NCBI GenBank assembly: GCA_963815455.1
Contig: CAWFGO010000003.1
Span: 224,001-288,000 of the forward strand
Origin: an uncultured Verrucomicrobiae bacterium
Lineage (GTDB): Bacteria; Verrucomicrobiota; Verrucomicrobiia; Chthoniobacterales; UBA10450
Direction: 5' to 3'
DNA length: 64,000 nucleotides
A program made the translations under genes and the position numbers. The notes below the pieces were generated by a model that had not been told where the DNA came from, searched no databases, and saw only the letters and a list, made by a program, of their open reading frames with translations. Of this stretch, positions 32,881 to 41,986 are shown in pieces. The stretch's first letter is position 1. Each line of letters begins with the position of its first letter.

Positions 32881-33393
32881 TCAGTCCGCTTTATCTGCCG
32901 TCTGCGACCGGCCGACCAGGAGCCGCATCAAAAAGTAAACGATCAGCGCTGAAGGAACCGCCAGGAAAACCGATCCGACCAGGGTGGGCCAGATCACTCC
33001 CGCGAATGCATGCCAGTGGAGATATTCGTGCAGCGGAAAATGTTTGAAATGAATTCGCTCGGGTAAGTGTCCATGCAACATCCAGTAGCCGATTTTATAC
33101 TCCGACCAGTAAATCGCCGGCATGAATGGCAGGATGATGTCGTGCAAGGTCACTGCGATGGCCGCTGCGATCTTGTTGCAGCGCGAAACCCACGCGACCC
33201 CGATGGAAAGCAGCGTCTTCAAACTCCAGAGCGGCGTGAATCCGAAAAAAATCCCAATGGCCGATCCCAGCGCAATCGAATGCGGCGTGTCGGCAATCGC
33301 CATCAGCGTCATGTGATGTTCGCTCAGCCAGCGCTTTCTTCGGGCAAAAAAATCCGGGAGTCGCGGCCCGTAGTTTTGCTGCTGCTTTTCCAC
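32881..33393 (-). CDS. DUF2062 membrane protein
   Basis: TPHSIALGSAIGIFFGFTP; TLVGS. Confidence 0.85.
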   Translation of the reverse strand: MEKQQQNYGPRLPDFFARRKRWLSEHHMTLMAIADTPHSIALGSAIGIFFGFTPLWSLKTLLSIGVAWVSRCNKIAAAIAVTLHDIILPFMPAIYWSEYKIGYWMLHGHLPERIHFKHFPLHEYLHWHAFAGVIWPTLVGSVFLAVPSALIVYFLMRLLVGRSQTADKAD

Positions 33394-33426
33394 CCAACAA
33401 CCTAGGCTAAAATAACTCCGCTGTCT

Positions 33427-33643
33427 GGTGGATCGGCCGCTCCGCGGGCGATGCTACAAGTATGGCGGCCTTCGGCCGCGTAGAGTTTATCATCGTCTTC
33501 GGAGAAGCCGATCCACCTTATTCCTGCAACGCGTGTGAGAGGTGGAACGCGTTGTCCCGAACGCGCTGGTAAGATAAAGCGGCTCTGCCGCCATTATTTG
33601 GCTGTAGGGCGTCTGTGTCAGACGCCGACATTCTCGATCCACC
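33427..33643. repeat. Composite REP cluster: GGTGG REPIN (33427-33517), partial GGTGG copy (33541), GTAG REP (33604)
   Basis: Arms match the RAYT-flanking REPINs, the 55653 copy and the 57666 copy. Confidence 0.8.
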
Positions 33644-33645
33644 TT

Positions 33646-34590
33646 TCAAAATAGCTCCGGGGTCTCCGGAACCGGCGTAACCATCTGGCCGAGCGCCGCC
33701 CGCAAACGCGCCGCGGCCCGGGGCGCATAATCCAACGCGTTATTATTAAAGACGACGTGAACCTCTCGCGCTGCGCGAGCCAACCGCCGGCTGCGGTCCG
33801 CGACTTCGGCAATTTCTTCATCGCTGTAATCGTAATGAAAACGGGCAGCCACGGTTTTTCCGGTGAGATATGCCCGGGCATTGCGTCCGTGAAGCCGCAA
33901 GTAAGCCAGCCGCGGGTTCGTGACTTCATCGAGGCCTGACGGCATGATCGTGAAATGATCCGCCGCCGGAGCATCGATATTCACAAACGAAACGTTGCGT
34001 TCCCGCAGAAAATCAATTGTCGATCCTAGCTGATCGCCAATCGCCCAATTGCGATTTCGAAACTCAATGGCCAGCTGATAATCACGCAACGCGCCGATCA
34101 ACGGTTCAAGCTCGCCAAGTTGATGTTTCCCCGGCGAAAACGCCGGCGAAAGCTGCAACAGAAGAGCGCCCAGTTTTCCGGCGCTCAGCAAGATCGACAT
34201 CGACGGCAGAAAAGCTTCGATCATCGCCTCTTCCAGCTCCGGCGTGAGCACCGCTTTCCCCTTTCCATCGATCTCCGCTCGCTTCTGCAAATCCGGCGGC
34301 AACAACTTCACCGGCGCCGAATGACGCGATAGCAACTGATGCAGCTTCACGTCGAACGTGAAACCCTCCGGGGTGTTCCGGCACCATCGCTCGACCAGAC
34401 GCGGATCGGGCGCCGAATAAAAAGTCGAGTTCACCTCGACCATCTCGAACTGCTGCGCGTACCACCCGAGCCGATCCCCCGCCCGCATCCTCTTCGGATA
34501 CCAATGCTCGACAAAGCCTGGGTCCGACCAGCTGGCGGTCCCGACAAGAATCTTGCCGGCCTCTTTCGTGTCTGGGGATTCACGCACCAC
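33646..34590 (-). CDS. DUF72 (YecE-like) protein
   Basis: VGTASW, VEVNSTFY, LLQLSP, IEFRN, YLRLHGRN, FNN. Confidence 0.92.
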   Translation of the reverse strand: MVRESPDTKEAGKILVGTASWSDPGFVEHWYPKRMRAGDRLGWYAQQFEMVEVNSTFYSAPDPRLVERWCRNTPEGFTFDVKLHQLLSRHSAPVKLLPPDLQKRAEIDGKGKAVLTPELEEAMIEAFLPSMSILLSAGKLGALLLQLSPAFSPGKHQLGELEPLIGALRDYQLAIEFRNRNWAIGDQLGSTIDFLRERNVSFVNIDAPAADHFTIMPSGLDEVTNPRLAYLRLHGRNARAYLTGKTVAARFHYDYSDEEIAEVADRSRRLARAAREVHVVFNNNALDYAPRAAARLRAALGQMVTPVPETPELF

Positions 34591-34679
34591 ACGTCAACGA
34601 AGTCGGGCGAAAACCAAACGCAAACGACATTCACCTGTTTTTCGGTTTGCGGAGACTCGACATCCCCGTATGATGAACG

Positions 34680-34756
34680 CGCGGGGTGGAGCAGCCTGGT
34701 AGCTCGTCAGGCTCATAACCTGAAGGCCGCGGGTTCAAATCCCGCCCCCGCAACCA
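34680..34756 (+). tRNA. tRNA-fMet (CAT)
   Basis: CGCGGGGTGGAGCAG...CTCATAA...CCCGCAACCA with C1:A72 mismatch. Confidence 0.95.
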
Positions 34757-34822
34757 ATTTACTTGCCGCGCCGACTCGGCTGCGCAAAGTTCACGCCGCC
34801 CATCGGGCGGCAAAAGGAACGA

Positions 34823-34897
34823 TCCAGAGTAGCTCAGTGGTAGAGCGGTCGGCTGTTAACCGATTGGTCGTAGGTTCGAATCCTACCTCTGGAGCCA
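34823..34897 (+). tRNA. tRNA-Asn (GTT)
   Basis: Full cloverleaf, CTGTTAA anticodon loop, GTTCGAA, CCA end. Confidence 0.96.
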
Positions 34898-35040
34898 GTT
34901 CGCAGTGCAGCTCTTGCCTGGATGAATCTGAAAAGTCCAAAGCGCGTGAGTCTAATCGTTGAAACCGGGGCAGCCTTCGCGTGGATCAATTGTTCTTTCA
35001 ACGCGACTTACGTGGCATGGACCAAGCTAGTCGTTAGCGC

Positions 35041-35781
35041 ATGCGCTTCTCCACGAGCCGGCGTTTCTCCTGCAACCCGGGGAAATTTACTCTATTGCTC
35101 CTGGTTTTGGCAGGCCTCACACCCGCAACTCTGCCCGCTCAAAATCTTCTCATCAACGGGGACTTCGAGCAGAACGATCTCACCACTTACCCCTCGTATA
35201 ATTCGTCCGGCGATTTCTCTAATCTACCGACCGGGCAACCCCTGCCCGGCTGGACATTCTATAATGTCGATCTTTACGGCCCGACCCAGCTTCCGCAGAA
35301 CGGGACTCAGTTCCTCGATCTGGTTGGTTACGGTCCGCTCACGGCGACGTTCTCGCTCGAGCAGACCTTTGCCACAGTGATCGGTATGGTCTACCGCCTC
35401 AATTTCTTTTACGGGAACAACGAACAGTTCGCTGACGAGGGCGGCATGGCCAGTTTTACCGCCTCGCTGATCGGTTCAGGAATACTTTGGAGTAGCGGCT
35501 TTACGCACGGCGGCGATACCCAGATGAACCGCGACTGGACCGAGTACACAATCGACTTCGTAGCAGACTCCTCCACCACGACCTTGATGTTCGTCGACAC
35601 GAGCCTGCTCCCGGCAACCTTCGACCCCAATGCCACGGTGGCTGGCGCAACTCTCGACAATATCAGCGTGATCGCGCTCCTGCCGGAGACCGGCGGGCGT
35701 CCTGCTATGTTCGTAATTTTGGGGGTTTGCCTGGCGGCGATTCTCGTCTCAAAACGCGCCGCTGGAATTCCGCGACCGTAG
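35041..35781 (+). CDS. Exported DUF642/CBM-like protein with LPETG-TM-KR C-terminal sorting signal
   Basis: Signal peptide; NGDFEQ, FLDL, QTFAT, LDNISV; PEP-CTERM-like tail. Confidence 0.8.
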   Translation: MRFSTSRRFSCNPGKFTLLLLVLAGLTPATLPAQNLLINGDFEQNDLTTYPSYNSSGDFSNLPTGQPLPGWTFYNVDLYGPTQLPQNGTQFLDLVGYGPLTATFSLEQTFATVIGMVYRLNFFYGNNEQFADEGGMASFTASLIGSGILWSSGFTHGGDTQMNRDWTEYTIDFVADSSTTTLMFVDTSLLPATFDPNATVAGATLDNISVIALLPETGGRPAMFVILGVCLAAILVSKRAAGIPRP

Positions 35782-35904
35782 CCGTTCTTTCGCGCGGCTT
35801 CAGAACATGCAAAGTGCGCTTTGCCGTATCAAACGGGATTACTGATTGGCCCTTGCCCGCGGCTGGGGACTAGGCAAGTATACGCCACTTGATTCCTAAA
35901 AGAA

Positions 35905-35978
35905 TCCAGAATTGCTCAGCGATAGAGTCCCGACCGAACCGGAATCGGTCGTAGGGTCGAACCCTACGTCCGGAGCCA
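35905..35978 (+). pseudogene. Degenerate tRNA-Asn copy 1
   Basis: TCCAGAATTGCTCAGCGATAGAG...GGTCGTAGGGTCGAACCCTACGTCCGGAGCCA aligns with 34823-34897; anticodon arm lost. Confidence 0.8.
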
Positions 35979-36088
35979 TTTTTTTAAGCACCTCACAGCG
36001 AGGAGCTTCTCCAGCTGGCAGGTCCGCTCGATTGCGCTACCGCCGAGCCTGACCGGGAAAAAAGCTCAGCCACGCGCTGTAGCTACCA

Positions 36089-37411
36089 CTACAATTCATT
36101 TTCATCATCCGGCTGCACAATTACCCGCTGATAAACTCGTGATTGCCGTTGACCATCTGCTGTGATGACAGTGAATCGATCGTTGATGATGTTTGATCCT
36201 GCTTCGCTCCACGTTCCATAGGCTAAATGGTCGAGCCAATGCGGTGATAGTTCCTCGTTCTTTTTCTCAACGAATTCTTTGGCAACGGCTTCACTTCCGT
36301 CTTCGTTAAACACCAAGTCTATCGAGCTATCCCCGGTACGACGCGCTAACACATAAAATCGTGGAGTTCCCTTCAATCCGAACTGTTGCCAGACGTGATT
36401 CATCTTGTTTTCAGTTCCCTTAAACATTGCATGAGAACGATCGCCTTTAACCCGCAACTCGACGGAGCGTCCATGCTGTTGGCTCTTCCAATCGGACAGC
36501 CACTTTTCACGCGATATAACTTCGCTGGCTTGTCTGAACTCCTGATCGAAAGCGTTCCACGTCTGGGCCGGTTTTCCCTCTTCTAAGTCAATGGCCCACG
36601 TCGCAGAATCCAGGAGATCGGGACGTTTCGAGCGCACATTGATCTGAAGCTCCTGGGAACCCTTCCAGAGGTTGATGCTTGCAAATGGAGCTGAGTATTT
36701 GGAACGCGCTTCGGTCCATCCGGGCATTTGATGCGCCATTCTCGACGCTCGAACGATGCTTATCAGTTCTTTGCGCTGCCAGATGGCAAGAAGAATTCCC
36801 AAAACTAAGACTGCAGCGACCAGAACCAATATCCCTCGTTTGAATGCGCCCCGGTATTTTGTTGTCTCGCCGAATGCCTCTAAATGTCCGCGACGTACAA
36901 ACAATACCAGAGCGATCGGCAAACAGACCATTGCAAGGCCAGCGACCCTGCAAAGCCACTCCAACCACGGGTGCGTCCACATCATTCCATCCAGTGCCGC
37001 CAGCTTCGTGTAGCTGCCAAACGCATTTAAACCGAGGACGATGGCGGAACCAACGGAGCCAACGAGCAGCAGCAACGTTGGCGCACTTCGGTGCTTCCGA
37101 AATAGCAAAACACAGCCAACGCTGGCGAGGACCCAGACAGTGAAATGGAACTGAGACGAGGAGACTAGATCATTAGCATGAATCGACAGACTAAAACCGA
37201 CGAGGGCGAGAACAGTAAGGCTGGGCCACGACGGCCAGCCCAGTAACGCAAAGAAAATCGTTAGAAGGTACCATGCAATGAGAGCCCAGAATTGAAAATC
37301 GACCTCGGGCCCGCGGTCAGGTAAGACGAACAACCATCCTCCCGAATAGACGAGAAGCGCCACAACGCCGTATGTCCACCGGGGCGGTCGCCACTGAAAC
37401 AGGGTGTTCAT
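36089..37411 (-). CDS. Hypothetical membrane protein with soluble C-terminal domain
   Basis: Long ORF with about 7 hydrophobic segments; lies between two tRNA relics. Confidence 0.6.
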   Translation of the reverse strand: MNTLFQWRPPRWTYGVVALLVYSGGWLFVLPDRGPEVDFQFWALIAWYLLTIFFALLGWPSWPSLTVLALVGFSLSIHANDLVSSSQFHFTVWVLASVGCVLLFRKHRSAPTLLLLVGSVGSAIVLGLNAFGSYTKLAALDGMMWTHPWLEWLCRVAGLAMVCLPIALVLFVRRGHLEAFGETTKYRGAFKRGILVLVAAVLVLGILLAIWQRKELISIVRASRMAHQMPGWTEARSKYSAPFASINLWKGSQELQINVRSKRPDLLDSATWAIDLEEGKPAQTWNAFDQEFRQASEVISREKWLSDWKSQQHGRSVELRVKGDRSHAMFKGTENKMNHVWQQFGLKGTPRFYVLARRTGDSSIDLVFNEDGSEAVAKEFVEKKNEELSPHWLDHLAYGTWSEAGSNIINDRFTVITADGQRQSRVYQRVIVQPDDENEL

Positions 37412-37878
37412 CGTGGAACGAGATGCATCCACCAAGTGTAACCAGAATCATCGACCACTAGAAAGACAGCAATTCCATTTCCATTTCGGACGTGTACACC
37501 AATCCGCCCGGGCCAAACCCAGGCCGCCAATCATTTTCGATCGTAAGGATCATCCTCTGTCGAAAAAGCGCCATGCGCTCGAAAAATTGTCCTTTTCCTG
37601 TCCATCCCTTCCATTCTTTGCAGGTTCGGTAGACTCGGCTGAAAAGCGTGTGTCGAATTGCGTCTGTGACCTTCGTCCATTCCCACCCCGCGCCGAAACC
37701 CGCCCAGAGACGCCAACGCTTCAAACACTCGGGACGCTCCTTGGACAAATACTTCCCTACCTATCCCGCATGTTCGCTAGGCATTCGCGTGACATGAATT
37801 CGACCCCATCCTGCCCGCGTTGCCAACTCCCGCGCCCGATTGATTTCGAATTCGGTTGCTTGGGTTGCAAAACCTTGC

Positions 37879-37948
37879 CAGTGGTAGAGTCCCGACAAAC
37901 ATCGGGATTGACCGATTGGTCGTAGGGTCGAATCCTACGTCCGAAGCC
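37879..37948 (+). pseudogene. Degenerate tRNA-Asn copy 2 with palindromic insert
   Basis: CAGTGGTAGAG-[TCCCGACAAACATCGGGA]-TTGACCGATTGGTCGTAGGGTCGAATCCTACGTCCGAAGCC. Confidence 0.8.
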
Positions 37949-38003
37949 GCTTTTGCAAACCTTGCCGAATAAAAGTCCCTTCGTTTCCTTCTAAGAAGTG
38001 CCG

Positions 38004-39659
38004 ATGAGTCATCAAAAATTCTCCCGCCTGCCGCTCACCGGCCGAATTGCTCGGCGGGTCTTGCTTGGCCTCTTTATTGGAGCGCTCGTGCTGGGCGGGA
38101 TTCAGCTGCGGCAGTGGACCTGGCAGGAAACGGAGCACGTTCGTTTTCAGGGCGATCTGGTGAACGGTTTTTTCTGGGGCAGCCAAACACTGATCGAAGC
38201 GCGCAAGTTATCGCCCGATCCGGTCTTGGCCGATTCCTGGCCGGCGTTTTTCCAAGGCTACTTCGCGCTGTACGATCGCGTAAAGAGCGAGGCTTATGCC
38301 GATCAATACCATCTCGATTATCCGCCGTTGCGCCTGCTGGCGATGTCGATCTGGGCCAAGCAAGTACGCAAGGAATATCCCGGCGTGGATGATGGTCACC
38401 CGGATTACGTCGAACCGCTTCTGGCGGTAAATTTGGTTTGCGAACTCATTTCTGCAGCGGCGATTTTCTTGCTGGTGCGTCTTTGGGTGAACCGGGCGTC
38501 GGGCACCACTGGCTCCCGTTTTCTCCACCGATTGCCGGCAGAACATCGAGGATGGATTTGCGGTTTGGCGGCGGCAACTGTCGCCTGGTTCGAGCCATCA
38601 ACGATCCTCGACGCGCATGGCTGGCCTCAATGGGACGTTTGGATCGTGCCGTTTTACTTGCTGGCCGCTCTCGCCGCTTCGACAAAGCGGTGGTTTTGGT
38701 GCGGCTGCCTGCTCGCTGCAGGGGCGATGCTCAAGGGACAGTTGCTTCTGGTCGCGCCTTTTTTTGTTTTCTGGCCGCTGTGGCAAAAACGATGGGCTCA
38801 TGCGTTGCGCCTCCTCGCCGGTTTTGCCACAACGACTGCCGTGGTGGTTTCGCCATGGCTTCTGCGCACTCCAGAAGCGTGGAGTGCCGTTTTTCTGGCA
38901 GGCGTCGTTAGCGCCCTGGTTTTTCTCAAGCTCGGATCGCGAAATGCCGGTGCGTGGATTGCCGGCGCGGCAGCCCTGGCGGCGTTTGGCGTGGGGGTGT
39001 TTGCCGGTGGCAGTTTTGCCTGGCTTCAAATCGGTTTCCTCTATGGCAGCGAGCATTATCCATTTCTTTTCATCAGCTCATGTTACAACCTGCCTTCTCT
39101 TCTCGACGGTTTGGGCTGGTCGCTTAAATCCCCTTTGTGGTCGTATGAGTTTGGTTCTCGATATGTCAGCGTGACACCGCAATGGACGTTGCGCGTTCTT
39201 TATCTGGGGGCTCTGGCGCTGAGCGCACTCGGAGCTGCCCGACATGTTCGCCGACGCGACTCGCGTGTGCTCATCGCCATGGTCATGCCCTGGCTTTTGA
39301 TGTTCGCGTTGCTGGGCCAGATGCACGAACGCTACCTGATGTGGGGAGCGATCATCAGCGCCGTGGCGCTCGGTGTAAGCGTAAGACTCAGCCTGCTGCA
39401 CTTCATTATTTCCGCCGCTAGCACGACCATGATTGTGCACGTCATGTTGATCGATAAGAAACTTGATCCCACGCTGGGAGTAATCGATGCGCTTTACGGC
39501 GTGCGACCTTATGCGTCGATAATTGTGCTGGCATGCGTGGCCGCTTGTTTGTGGGATGTCCTCTCAACGCGTGCTCCCACGTTCCAACAGCGGCTCCGGC
39601 GATCGCGCGCAGCGGAGATGCCTGCGCTATCGCTTGGCCCGACGCCAGAGGAAGTCTAG
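38004..39659 (+). CDS. Polytopic membrane protein, GT-C glycosyltransferase-like
   Basis: DYPP, WPQWD, MHERY motifs and many TM helices. Confidence 0.7.
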   Translation: MSHQKFSRLPLTGRIARRVLLGLFIGALVLGGIQLRQWTWQETEHVRFQGDLVNGFFWGSQTLIEARKLSPDPVLADSWPAFFQGYFALYDRVKSEAYADQYHLDYPPLRLLAMSIWAKQVRKEYPGVDDGHPDYVEPLLAVNLVCELISAAAIFLLVRLWVNRASGTTGSRFLHRLPAEHRGWICGLAAATVAWFEPSTILDAHGWPQWDVWIVPFYLLAALAASTKRWFWCGCLLAAGAMLKGQLLLVAPFFVFWPLWQKRWAHALRLLAGFATTTAVVVSPWLLRTPEAWSAVFLAGVVSALVFLKLGSRNAGAWIAGAAALAAFGVGVFAGGSFAWLQIGFLYGSEHYPFLFISSCYNLPSLLDGLGWSLKSPLWSYEFGSRYVSVTPQWTLRVLYLGALALSALGAARHVRRRDSRVLIAMVMPWLLMFALLGQMHERYLMWGAIISAVALGVSVRLSLLHFIISAASTTMIVHVMLIDKKLDPTLGVIDALYGVRPYASIIVLACVAACLWDVLSTRAPTFQQRLRRSRAAEMPALSLGPTPEEV

Positions 39660-39691
39660 ATTGGCTGCGGGCGCGGACTAGACGCGTCGTC

Positions 39692-40273
39692 ATGTACCGC
39701 TTTCATCGCAAACATTACCTTTGGCTTCGCTACATTCCGCGAAAGAAGCATCTCGCCGGCGGACGTCTTCACTGGCTGCTCGGTGAAAAGCTTTTTGCCG
39801 CCGATTTGTGGAAGCCGACCCGGCGCGGGATCGCCGGCGGTCTCGCCCTCGGTCTGCTGATCGGGCTCACTCCGACAATGGGAGTTCAATTGCTGATCGC
39901 CGGAGTCTGCGCTTACGCGTTCAAAGTGAACATTCCACTCGCTCTGGCTGGCACCTTTATCACGAATCCGGTGACGGCTGCGTTCATTTACCCGCTCGAA
40001 TATCAACTCGGGCTCCGGCTGGCTGGCGCACCGGAGCCATCCGAGTTTGCCAGCTACTCGGATATGTTGCGCAGCTTCGCGAGTCACGCCAAGCCGCTTT
40101 GGGTGGGGAGTCTTGTGGCCGGTGGCCTGATCGCGGCAACTGCATATGGCCTGGTTTCTCTTCTCTGGATCGAAGCGCGCCACCTGCACGAGGCGATCCA
40201 GAAACATTCCGATGAGCCCGGTCGTCGACCGGTTACCGAGGCGACTTCGACAAAGCGGTCCGATCCAAAGTAA
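39692..40273 (+). CDS. DUF2062 membrane protein
   Basis: GGLALGLLIGLTPTMG, TFITNPVT, LWVGS. Confidence 0.85.
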   Translation: MYRFHRKHYLWLRYIPRKKHLAGGRLHWLLGEKLFAADLWKPTRRGIAGGLALGLLIGLTPTMGVQLLIAGVCAYAFKVNIPLALAGTFITNPVTAAFIYPLEYQLGLRLAGAPEPSEFASYSDMLRSFASHAKPLWVGSLVAGGLIAATAYGLVSLLWIEARHLHEAIQKHSDEPGRRPVTEATSTKRSDPK

Positions 40274-40276
40274 TCA

Positions 40277-41986
40277 TTATTCCGCAATCAGACTCGTAAG
40301 TTTCAGATCGACCGCATCAACCAATCCCTGATCGGTCAATTTCAATTCCGGAATGGGTGACAAACTCAAAAACGATAGCGTCATGAACGGCGCATGGAGC
40401 GGCGATCCGAGCCCTGCCGCCGCGGCATTCAATTCTGTAATTTTCTGAATTACCGTCTCCAAAGGTTGATCTGAAACCAGACCCGCAATCGGTAACGGCA
40501 GCGATGCAATAGCCTTGCCATCGACCACGGCGACCTGCCCGCCGCGCATCTTTTCCAGCGCTTCGATTGCGGCGATCATGTCGCCATCATTCGTGCCCAC
40601 CACGACCACGTTGTGGGCATCGTGGGCGACTGTCGATCCAAGCGCCCCGCGCTTTAGCTGAAAACCGCGGACGAAACCGACTCCGACATTGCCGGTCGCT
40701 CGATGCCGTTCAACAACCACTAGTTTCAAAATATCGCGACCGATATCGGATACGATTTGTCCGTTGTCGATCTTCGGACGCTCGGTGATCGATTTCGTGA
40801 CGATCTGGTGCGGCACGATCTCGATAACCCGAATGCTGTTCGCCCCGGCGGCCGGTACGACGAGATCGTTCTCGCGGTAGCTCAGGTTCATTGTGCTGCG
40901 CGGCTGGTCTATCTTGCGACTCTCCTTTTCGAGATAATTCCTGTTCTCCGCGATTAGTTTCCCTTTCTTGTAAACCTGCCGGATCTCGAATTTCTCAAGA
41001 TCGTCCACCACAATGAAGTCCGCCCAATAACGGGGGGCGATCGCGCCGTGATTTTTAAGCCGGTAATATCGCGCCGTGTTAATCGTGCCCATTTGAACGG
41101 CCGTGATCGGCTTCACACCCAGCTTGATCGCCTTACGGACGGAATGATCAATATGCCCTTCGCTAACCAAATCGCCCGGCAATTTGTCATCCGTGGCGAA
41201 CGAGCAGTTCGCTGAGTTCTCCGGCGTGACCAGTGAGATGATGTGTTCCAGATTGCGTTCGGTACTGCCTTCGCGAACAAGCAAATGCATTCCGAGCCGC
41301 AATTTTTCACGCGCTTCTTCCAGTTCAGTGCTCTCGTGATCGGAACGAACACCGGCTAGGGCATAGGCATTCAAGTTTTTCCCGCCCAGACCGGGCGCGT
41401 GCCCATCGATCGCTTTTCCTTTGCCCGCGCGGATTTTCGCCAGCTCGCTTTCCGTTCCCAGGAAAACGCCGGGATAGTTCATAAGCTCAGCGATTCCGGC
41501 AATGCGATCGTCGGCGATCATCAAGGCCAGGTCATCCGCCGTAAAACTCGCCCCGGCCGTTTCCAGATGCGTCGCCGGAACGCACGACGGCAGCATGATG
41601 AAAAAATCAATCGGCAGGTTCCTGCTCGATTCCAAAACATAACGAATCCCATCCATCCCAAGGACATTGGCGTATTCGTGAGGATCGATCACCATCGCGC
41701 CGGTACCGTGCGGAGCGACCGCGCGCACCAGCTCCGGAATCGTGACCATGGTGCTTTCGACGTGAAAATGTCCCTCGATCAAACTCGGGGCCAGATACGC
41801 GCCGCCGAGATCGATGACATCTTTTGCCTCGTAATCACCGAAACCGACCACCCGCCCGTCGTCCACCGCCACGTTCGCGGCGTGAATCTCACCGCTAAAC
41901 ACATTGACGACTTGCGCGTTCGCGAAAAGCGTTTGCGCCGGTCGTTCGCCCCGCGCCACCGCGAGTTTGTGCTCGATCTCTCTCAT
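40277..41986 (-). CDS. ade: Adenine deaminase
   Basis: GHFHVES, DPHEYANV, IDGHAP, SDHE, REGS, ATDD, AHDAHN. Confidence 0.95.
   Translation of the reverse strand: MREIEHKLAVARGERPAQTLFANAQVVNVFSGEIHAANVAVDDGRVVGFGDYEAKDVIDLGGAYLAPSLIEGHFHVESTMVTIPELVRAVAPHGTGAMVIDPHEYANVLGMDGIRYVLESSRNLPIDFFIMLPSCVPATHLETAGASFTADDLALMIADDRIAGIAELMNYPGVFLGTESELAKIRAGKGKAIDGHAPGLGGKNLNAYALAGVRSDHESTELEEAREKLRLGMHLLVREGSTERNLEHIISLVTPENSANCSFATDDKLPGDLVSEGHIDHSVRKAIKLGVKPITAVQMGTINTARYYRLKNHGAIAPRYWADFIVVDDLEKFEIRQVYKKGKLIAENRNYLEKESRKIDQPRSTMNLSYRENDLVVPAAGANSIRVIEIVPHQIVTKSITERPKIDNGQIVSDIGRDILKLVVVERHRATGNVGVGFVRGFQLKRGALGSTVAHDAHNVVVVGTNDGDMIAAIEALEKMRGGQVAVVDGKAIASLPLPIAGLVSDQPLETVIQKITELNAAAAGLGSPLHAPFMTLSFLSLSPIPELKLTDQGLVDAVDLKLTSLIAE

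Noticed and set aside
37404..37925. Short ORFs between the membrane-protein gene and tRNA relic 2
   Set aside because: No recognisable motifs or clear start signals
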